11,711 bases of DNA from a bacterium (GTDB lineage: Bacteria; Zhuqueibacterota; Zhuqueibacteria; Oceanimicrobiales; Oceanimicrobiaceae): contig JBHIAC010000106.1 of assembly GCA_046758365.1 (NCBI GenBank), forward strand, positions 1 to 11,711. Reading direction: 5' to 3'. Under the pieces are notes generated by a model, which ran no database searches, was not told the DNA's origin, and saw only the letters and a list, made by a program, of their open reading frames with translations. Below are positions 1 through 5,670 of the stretch, in pieces (position 1 is the stretch's first letter; every line of letters begins with the position of its first letter). Made by a program: the position numbers and the translations under genes.

Positions 1-592
1 CAAAAGCATATAATCCTCTGGGAGAACCAGTACGATTGGTTAGTACCTTGCCAACCAGGTCTTTTCTACCATCACCATTGAGATCTACGAGGTCTAAAAA
101 TTTAATATAGCAATCCCAGCGACCTTCCAGCGTGTGTTCATCTTTTGTCAGTGCAAAAAAATCCGCAATGATTTTGTGTGTCAGAGTTCTGATTTCCACA
201 AAAACGCTATCGTTTCTTCGTTTGGAAACAACTATCTCCTTCTCGCCATCATTGTCAAGGTCGAAAAAACAAGGGGAAATTTCGCCGTCGAATCTGTATT
301 CATCTATGATTCCTAGGTCATTAGAATAGTAATACATCGAAGTAGGGGGTCTATCATTTTTAAAACGACTGTCCAGTAAACAAAATAATTCGCTTCTACC
401 ATCAGAATTGACATCGCTGCTTCTGAAATTCACATAATTATTCTTATCTACTACACTCAGCTTGTACGGGTAATTGACGGAGTCAAAGGTTCTGCGTTTA
501 TGTTCACTGGTGAGAAGTGCCCAAGTAGAGGCAAAACAAATAAGTGCAATGACTGCCAAAATGGCGACAGCAACTTTTTTACGATTAGACAT
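1..592 (-). CDS. Membrane-anchored or secreted FG-GAP/VCBS-repeat protein (5' part only; continues off the left edge)
   Basis: Translated by hand; absent from the ORF track because there is no stop in the window. ATG at 592 with GAGG RBS at 601-598, then 197 open codons. N-terminus MSNRKKVAVAILAVIALICFASTWALL is a basic stretch plus hydrophobic helix. Three Dx(N/D)xDG Ca-binding-type motifs follow: DVNSDGRSELF, DLDNDGEKEIVV, DLNGDGRKDLV. Confidence 0.85.
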   Translation of the reverse strand, partial: MSNRKKVAVAILAVIALICFASTWALLTSEHKRRTFDSVNYPYKLSVVDKNNYVNFRSSDVNSDGRSELFCLLDSRFKNDRPPTSMYYYSNDLGIIDEYRFDGEISPCFFDLDNDGEKEIVVSKRRNDSVFVEIRTLTHKIIADFFALTKDEHTLEGRWDCYIKFLDLVDLNGDGRKDLVGKVLTNRTGSPRGLYAF

Positions 593-640
593 AGCTGCCT
601 CATTCGTTATTTTTAGACTACCTTAAGGAAGGGGAATATG

Positions 641-671
641 ATAATAAACAGGATAAAACGAGAAATGTCAA
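641..671 (-). promoter_or_regulatory. Possible sigma70-type promoter for the FG-GAP gene
   Basis: Minus strand has TTGACA (671-666) and TATTAT (646-641). The spacer is 19 nt, longer than optimal. Confidence 0.3.
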
Positions 672-695
672 GAGGAAAATTACTATTTTGAAAAA

Positions 696-801
696 TTTCT
701 GTGGTTGACACCGGAAATCGGCGCATTGTAAAACTTAATATTCTAAAAAATCGGCTTGCAAGTGGAACCAGGATTTTTACGATTGCAGTTGACCACGGAG
801 A
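696..801. repeat. Inverted-repeat unit A (long stem-loop; MITE/REP-like or structured RNA)
   Basis: tttctgtggttgac (696-709) pairs over all 14 positions with gttgaccacggaga (788-801) on the + strand, using 4 G-U pairs. An inner stem gcattgtaaaa (723-733) pairs with ttttacgattgc (775-786) with one bulge. Confidence 0.55.
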
Positions 802-806
802 CCTGC

Positions 807-910
807 TAGCGGCGTGGTCGAAAAGTCCGTTTCTTGAAAAATGCTAAACTAATAAAAATAGCTTACATCCCGTTGAACCGTAAAATAGGGCTTTTCCGAC
901 TACGCCTCTA
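807..910. mobile_element. Inverted-repeat unit B, MITE-like non-autonomous element
   Basis: Left arm tagcggcgtggtcg-aaaagtcc (807-828) versus the reverse complement of the right arm tagaggcgtagtcggaaaagccc (888-910): about 22-23 bp with 3 substitutions and 1 indel. The interior is AT-rich and non-coding, with TA at both extremities. No transposase lies in the window. Confidence 0.55.
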
Positions 911-933
911 TGGAATTATTTGAAATAATTATT

Positions 934-1839
934 TTATAAAGATTCCAAGAGCCTTCTTCTAAAACTGGATTTCTTTTTAATTTTTTCCCGAATCAACGGG
1001 ATAGCTTCTTGAGTAACTCTTTCTCCTTCCTCGATTAAATAGCGAAGGAGCTTAAATTCAGACCAATGAACATTACCCACTTTAGGTCTAATGATCACAT
1101 CTGCCTGCTTTAGAAGATGGAGGTTGTAATGGCGCGCCGTCATATGATTGGTTTGAAAGATAATATTAATGACGTTATTTAAATCGGGGTGTTCATTTAA
1201 TTCTTGACCAACGTCTACAGCAATTACTATATCGGCACCAAGAGCTCTTGCTGGTTCAACCGGTATAGGACAGACTACCGATCCATCAACAAGAAGTGAC
1301 CCATTGACTTCATAGGGCGGCACAAATCCTGGGATTGAAGAACTGGCACTCACTATATCCCGCATATCTCCATCAGTAAAAAGAACCTGTTGTCCATTTA
1401 AAAGATTTGATGCTACTACGGCAAAAGGTATTTTTGTATCTTCAATACGACCCTCAGGAATTAAAAATTCCATAGCCCGCCGTAAACGCCATCCTCCTAC
1501 TAACGATGGTTTGCTTTGAGCTAAGTTTACGACCACGCGTTCTTTAATATAGGTGGCTACCTGTCCAAAGAAGTTTTCACCGGCTTCTTTTCGTTTAAAA
1601 AGCTCTAAACCACTTTTTTGATATTCTTCACTTTTGAGGAATTGTTTAAATCTTTCTTCTACTTTTGCGGCCTCACCGGTAATGGCGTAAATAGCCCCAA
1701 CCACGGAACCGATACTGGTACCCGTAATCAAATGAATAGGAATCCCTTCTTCCTCCAAAACTTTAAGGATCCCGATATGGGCACAGCCTCTTGCACCACC
1801 ACCCCCGAAAGCCAATGCAATCTTTTTATTTTTTTTCAC
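934..1839 (-). CDS. Patatin-like phospholipase (RssA/NTE-type, stand-alone)
   Basis: Oxyanion loop ALAFGGGGARG, nucleophile elbow GTSIG (1708-1722), SSSIPG, and catalytic Asp in VDGS (1279-1287). The ORF track starts at TTG 1959. The in-frame GTG at 1839, preceded by GGGAG and followed by KKNKKIALAFGGG, fits a typical patatin N-terminus better (301 aa). Confidence 0.93.
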   Translation of the reverse strand: MKKNKKIALAFGGGGARGCAHIGILKVLEEEGIPIHLITGTSIGSVVGAIYAITGEAAKVEERFKQFLKSEEYQKSGLELFKRKEAGENFFGQVATYIKERVVVNLAQSKPSLVGGWRLRRAMEFLIPEGRIEDTKIPFAVVASNLLNGQQVLFTDGDMRDIVSASSSIPGFVPPYEVNGSLLVDGSVVCPIPVEPARALGADIVIAVDVGQELNEHPDLNNVINIIFQTNHMTARHYNLHLLKQADVIIRPKVGNVHWSEFKLLRYLIEEGERVTQEAIPLIREKIKKKSSFRRRLLESL

Positions 1840-1920
1840 TTTAATTAACTTCTCCCATACTTTATTTTTGCGATTGACTACCAATTTTAATGCAACTTTT
1901 ATATTAAACTCAAAGTTCCC

Positions 1921-1947
1921 CCCACACGGACAAGCCGCAACCAAAAA
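1921..1947. repeat. Degenerate REP-like intergenic motif (cccacacggacaagccgcaaccaaaaa)
   Basis: GC-rich island in AT-rich DNA with a mini-hairpin cgg-acaag-ccg. It resembles an intergenic repeat end of the form CCTAACnCGGnnAAGCCGnAACCAAA that I recall from other genomes; this is recall, not a search result. Confidence 0.3.
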
Positions 1948-1971
1948 GGTTTTTAACAAAAGATACTAATT

Positions 1972-1994
1972 ATTTACTCGCACGTCGGGTAAAT
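1972..1994. terminator. Stem-loop downstream of the kinase stop (possible terminator or processing site)
   Basis: atttactcg-cacgt-cgggtaaat forms a 9-bp stem with one imperfect position, about 70 nt downstream of the kinase stop. There is no clean adjacent U-tract. Confidence 0.3.
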
Positions 1995-2063
1995 TGCTGA
2001 AAACAATGCCATGATATAAAATTCCAACGTCCTTTTTCAGGAGGAGTTTCAATGTGGTGTTCT

Positions 2064-4523
2064 TCAAGTTTCATTTTTAATGTATTTCCCCTGTAGTTTT
2101 TTAAAATCTAATAAAAGATCAGCTGCTGTGGTATATCGCTCATTTGGGTCTTTTGCTAATGCTCTATTAATGATTTCATCTAAAAACTGTGGCAAACCTT
2201 CCAATTCTTTCGATAGAGGTTTCGGCTCTTTGTGAACAATTTTATAAACCACCTTAGGGATATTATCACCATCAAAAGGTCGAATACCCGTTAGCATTTC
2301 ATATAGAAGTACTCCCACCGAAAAAATGTCAGAACGGCCGTCCACTTTTTTTCCTGCAATTTGTTCAGGAGACATATAGAAGGGAGTACCAATTATGTTG
2401 CCAGTTTGAGTTAAAGTTCCAAATTGCGGGAGTTTGGCAATACCAAAATCTGCCACCTTCACTTTGTCATTGTCAATTAATATAATGTTTGAGGGTTTAA
2501 TATCACAGTGAACAATTCCATTCTGATGGGCGTAATTCAATGCATTACAAATTTGGCTGATTATTCGAATTGTTCGCAATATTTCAAATTTCCCTTGAGT
2601 CTCTAAAAGGAATTTTAAATCTTCTCCTTGTAGATACTCCATAACAATGTAAGAAAAGTCCTCTTCTTCGTCAACATCGTATATGATGACAATATTGGGA
2701 TGGTTAAGACTGCCGGCGGCCCGAGCTTCACGAAACATACGTTCTTTTAATTTATCGATTTCATGAGATTTAGTGCTAAAATCAAAAGCAACTTGTTTGA
2801 TCACAACGGTTCTATCCAGCTTCGGGTCCCAAGCTTTATAGATATGCCCCATGGAACCTCTGCCAATTTCTTTCTCTAAAATATACCGTCCAATCCGTTT
2901 GACCTGCTTAATTCCGCCTAAAATAGTCTGAGTTTCCTGCGATTCTGATAACCTGTTATCATTATTTAAAGGAGTAGATATGGCCTTCTTTTGATTGTTC
3001 TTTTCATTTAATATGTCAGTGGAGTCTTTGGGATCAAATGTTGTAGGCGTTACAGATGCAACTTCATCTTTAAAAATTTCATCAATCCCCGAGGATAAAG
3101 ATTTTTGGTCGGGGATGGATGAATCTATTACCTGGGTCTTATCAATAACTGTTGAACCCTCGGTCTTCTTTGTCCTTGCTACTCGAGTGCGTTTTTTGTG
3201 GTATTTAAATAATACCAGACCAAATATCAATACTCCACTTAAAATCCCCCAGGCCCAAACATAAGAAGATTTCTTACCGATTTTAACTTCCGAATTAAGT
3301 TTTATTGGGCCATCTTTTAGCTGTGAAGTGAAGAGGTGTTTTTCTGGAGTAGTTTTAACCAAGGTATCGGTTTCCTCGGTCCGCTCTAAAAGCTCCTGCG
3401 GTTCATTAACTAATTTTTTGTGTTCTTCAAGTATTTTGTCATTTTTTCTTTCATTAGAAGCGCTTACAAGTTCAGCAGTAGGTGGTTTGACTTGAGATGT
3501 GTCTGGGGATTTATCACTACTTTCTGAAATTTTAAGCACCGATGGTTCTTCAATTATTTTAGTTGAATCTTTCTTTGAAAGAGCTGCTTTAGCTTCTACA
3601 AGTTTTTCAGCCGTCGCTTTATAATCGGGAGGTAACATTTGAAAAATATCCAAAGCTAAGGCCCAGTTTTGATCCTCCACGGCTTGTAGACCAGTCAAGT
3701 ACTCTTTCTCCTGAATTGCTTCTTTCAAGCTATTTTCAATTATTGAATTGTTTGGATAAACGGTTTGAGCCTTTTTAAGAATTTCTATTCCCTCGTCCCA
3801 GCGGCCTTCGGTTTCGGCGTTTTCAAACCTTGCCATCCAAGAGTCGATACTGTTTTTCTTTTTCGCTATTTTCAAATTTACTTGAGCTTCTTTTAAGTTA
3901 GGTTCAATGGCTAAAGCTTTTTCATAGGCCTCTACAGACTTTTTGAAATCTCCTGTGCTTAAATATATATTGCCGAGCTTAGACCAAACCATTTCCTGAT
4001 TTGAGTTCAGTGCTATTGATTTTTCTAATGCTTCGATAGCAGCCTGCCAAGTATCCATATTGTAATAAACTAAACCAAGAGCAGTATAAGCTGGGGCAAA
4101 ATTTTTGTCTAAGTTAGTAGCCTTCTGAGCTGTTTTTAAGGCTTCATGGTAATTTTCTTTATCATTTAATTCATTGGATAAAAAAGTATAAGCATTGCGT
4201 AAATATAGTCGAGCTTCTTTAAAAAAAGCAGAATCAATTCTAACAGCCTCATTTAGATATTTAATCGCCTGGTTGTAAAATCCTTTTTGATAATAAGTTA
4301 TTCCTAAATAATACAACGCTTCTTTGAAACTGGAGTCAATCTTCACGGCTTTTTGGTAATTCTTAATTTTATCAGTCAAGCTTTCTGCCTTTAATCCTTT
4401 TTTATAATAATTGTAGGCCCCAGGATTTATTTCTTGAGCTGTGGCAAATTGGATGAGTATTAGTAGTTGAAGTTTTATATATATAAGGAATTTTAATGAA
4501 CTAAAAAATGAATTCATGGTCAT
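2064..4523 (-). CDS. Receptor-like Ser/Thr protein kinase: signal peptide, TPR ectodomain, single TM helix, C-terminal Hanks kinase
   Basis: Signal peptide ends ...LLILIQFATA|QE. About 6-7 TPR-like repeats follow (e.g. EALYYLGITYYQKGFYNQAIKYLNEAVRID, PAYTALGLVYYNMDTWQAAIEALEKSIALN, MVWSKLGNIYLSTGDFKKSVEAYEKALAIEPN), then a low-complexity stalk. TM helix YVWAWGILSGVLIFGLVLF is followed by basic KYHKKRTR. Kinase motifs: GRGSMG, VVIK, REARAA, HPNIV, HCDIKPSN, DFG, GTPFYMSPE, DIFSVG. The start could be the second Met (4517). Confidence 0.95.
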   Translation of the reverse strand: MTMNSFFSSLKFLIYIKLQLLILIQFATAQEINPGAYNYYKKGLKAESLTDKIKNYQKAVKIDSSFKEALYYLGITYYQKGFYNQAIKYLNEAVRIDSAFFKEARLYLRNAYTFLSNELNDKENYHEALKTAQKATNLDKNFAPAYTALGLVYYNMDTWQAAIEALEKSIALNSNQEMVWSKLGNIYLSTGDFKKSVEAYEKALAIEPNLKEAQVNLKIAKKKNSIDSWMARFENAETEGRWDEGIEILKKAQTVYPNNSIIENSLKEAIQEKEYLTGLQAVEDQNWALALDIFQMLPPDYKATAEKLVEAKAALSKKDSTKIIEEPSVLKISESSDKSPDTSQVKPPTAELVSASNERKNDKILEEHKKLVNEPQELLERTEETDTLVKTTPEKHLFTSQLKDGPIKLNSEVKIGKKSSYVWAWGILSGVLIFGLVLFKYHKKRTRVARTKKTEGSTVIDKTQVIDSSIPDQKSLSSGIDEIFKDEVASVTPTTFDPKDSTDILNEKNNQKKAISTPLNNDNRLSESQETQTILGGIKQVKRIGRYILEKEIGRGSMGHIYKAWDPKLDRTVVIKQVAFDFSTKSHEIDKLKERMFREARAAGSLNHPNIVIIYDVDEEEDFSYIVMEYLQGEDLKFLLETQGKFEILRTIRIISQICNALNYAHQNGIVHCDIKPSNIILIDNDKVKVADFGIAKLPQFGTLTQTGNIIGTPFYMSPEQIAGKKVDGRSDIFSVGVLLYEMLTGIRPFDGDNIPKVVYKIVHKEPKPLSKELEGLPQFLDEIINRALAKDPNERYTTAADLLLDFKKLQGKYIKNET

Positions 4524-4660
4524 TAAATCTAGTTTTTTAAAACGAGTTTAAAGAACTAATTCCTGGATTAAAGATAGATTAAGAAAATGTATAATTATCG
4601 TGCTATTTAAAAGTGTGGCTCCAATGATGGGGAAAATTTAATTAAATTGCCCTTTATTTA

Positions 4661-4689
4661 AAAATACTATTTTATGATTATTTTGTCAA
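4661..4689 (-). promoter_or_regulatory. Putative sigma70-type promoter for the kinase gene
   Basis: Minus strand TTGACA (4689-4684), 17-nt spacer, TATTTT (4666-4661). Confidence 0.5.
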
Positions 4690-4776
4690 GAGCTTTTCTA
4701 CAGAACATAGCCTTACCCCAAATTTTTCATTCATGGGCCTCTTGTAGATACTTGTTATGCAATATATAGATTTCAC

Positions 4777-4805
4777 TTGATATTTAAAATTGTATTTATT
4801 ATTTT
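4777..4805 (+). promoter_or_regulatory. Putative sigma70-type promoter for the bacilliredoxin gene
   Basis: TTGATA (4777-4782), 17-nt spacer, TATTTT (4800-4805). It has the same -10 hexamer as the divergent kinase promoter. The region is very AT-rich, so chance matches are possible. Confidence 0.4.
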
Positions 4806-4839
4806 CCATTTAAATTAAATAATTTGACAAATATATCTG

Positions 4840-4851
4840 GCACTTAAGTGC
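4840..4851. promoter_or_regulatory. Perfect 12-bp palindrome GCACTTAAGTGC (possible operator)
   Basis: Lies between the putative promoter and the AAGGAG RBS (4861-4866) of the bacilliredoxin gene. Confidence 0.3.
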
Positions 4852-4873
4852 TTTAACTATAAGGAGATGTAAA

Positions 4874-5302
4874 ATGATGTACGATCCATTTATGGTCAAA
4901 CCAATGCGTGAAGAGCTTACTGGTATCGGGTTTAATGAGATGAGAACCCCCGAAGAAGTTGATAAATTAATGGCAGAATCTAAAGGGACCACCCTATTGG
5001 TGGTGAATTCTGTTTGTGGTTGCGCAGCAGGTCAAGCCCGCCCCGGGGTTGCCTTAGCGCTTACCAATGAAGTTAAACCAGATAAATTGGTTACGGTATT
5101 TGCTGGACAGGATGTTGAAGCCACGGCCCATGCAAGAAGTTATATTAAAGGATATCCCTCTTCTTCTCCATCTGTGGCCCTATTTCGAGACGGAGAATTG
5201 GTTTTTATGTTGGAGCGAAACCAAATCGAAGGACGCAGTGCAGAACAAGTTGCCATGGATCTAATTGCTAAATTTGAAAAATTTTGTAACTCGAATGACT
5301 AA
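4874..5302 (+). CDS. brxA: BrxA/BrxB family bacilliredoxin (YphP/YqiW-like, CGC motif)
   Basis: 142 aa with family-typical segments PMREELT..GF, VVNSVCGCAAGQARPG, TVFAGQD.EAT..AR, PSSSPSVALFRDG and ER.QIEGR. RBS AAGGAG is present. BrxA and BrxB cannot be distinguished from sequence alone. Confidence 0.93.
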   Translation: MMYDPFMVKPMREELTGIGFNEMRTPEEVDKLMAESKGTTLLVVNSVCGCAAGQARPGVALALTNEVKPDKLVTVFAGQDVEATAHARSYIKGYPSSSPSVALFRDGELVFMLERNQIEGRSAEQVAMDLIAKFEKFCNSND

Positions 5303-5346
5303 AGTCAAGTTCTTGTAATAAATTTTAAAAGCATTCCCTGTGAATA

Positions 5347-5370
5347 AGGAAACCAGATGTTTGGTTTCCT
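5347..5370. terminator. Perfect 9-bp hairpin downstream of brxA
   Basis: aggaaacca-gatgtt-tggtttcct, 45 nt after the brxA stop. It lacks a U-tract, so a terminator role is uncertain. Confidence 0.35.
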
Positions 5371-5670
5371 GGTATCAGCTCTTTCAAATTTTAAAACGAT
5401 TGGAATGGCAGGGAGAAGTACGCCGGGGCTATTTTATTGAAGGCCATTTGGGTGTGCAATTTGCCTTGCCGGAAGCAGTGGAATGGCTCAAAAAGCTACA
5501 AATAGAAGAGCAACCTCCATTATCTACCTCGCTGCTCATAAACACCGGCCGACCCTGCTTTACCCTTTGGAGGTACGGCAGACTGGAATTTACATGACAC
5601 AAAAGGCGATAAACTAACAGTCGTACGGGCTCCATCAAATCATCTCGTATTTTTGGATGAAAAGCCAGTT
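5361..5670 (+). pseudogene. lhr: Frameshifted remnant of an Lhr-family helicase C-terminal (winged-helix/AlkZ-like) region
   Basis: First frame: VSWYQLFQILKRLEWQGEVRRGYFIEGHLGVQFALPEAVEWL matches the Lhr signature W..l...l..lE..Gev.rG.Fv.g..G.QFAlp.av..L. After LLINT an extra base near 5547 shifts the frame. The +1 frame reads ADPALPFGGTADWNLHDTKGDKLTVVRAPSNHLVFLDEKPV, matching the next Lhr segment (DPA.PyG ... R.p.n.lv..dg.pv). No helicase core or credible RBS lies upstream. Confidence 0.8.

Noticed and set aside
132..329. Two short + strand ORFs (132-329, 134-316)
   Set aside because: They are antisense shadows of the FG-GAP gene on the - strand, with no RBS or recognisable motifs.
593..933. 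CRISPR array, tRNA or known riboswitch in the repeat-rich intergenic region
   Set aside because: The repeats are inverted and degenerate rather than direct with regular spacers. There is no cloverleaf, and no riboswitch, SRP or 6S consensus I can recognise.
934..1839. Patatin as a CBASS CapV effector
   Set aside because: No CD-NTase or other CBASS genes are nearby, and the sequence resembles stand-alone RssA/NTE-type patatins.
1840..1959. N-terminal extension of the patatin ORF with a CPC motif (MLKTFLVAACPCGG)
   Set aside because: It starts at a TTG with no clear RBS, overlaps a repeat-like motif, and precedes a better GTG start at 1839. It is probably not translated.
1618..3264. + strand ORFs 1618-1848 and 2995-3264
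   Set aside because: They lie antisense to the well-supported patatin and kinase genes and have no independent support.
4705..4740. agccttaccccaaatttttc, vaguely like an IS terminal repeat
   Set aside because: There is no partner inverted copy, target duplication or transposase in the window.
4810..5264. ORFs 4810-4992 (-) and 5067-5264 (+, alternative frame)
   Set aside because: Both overlap the clear bacilliredoxin gene and have no motifs.
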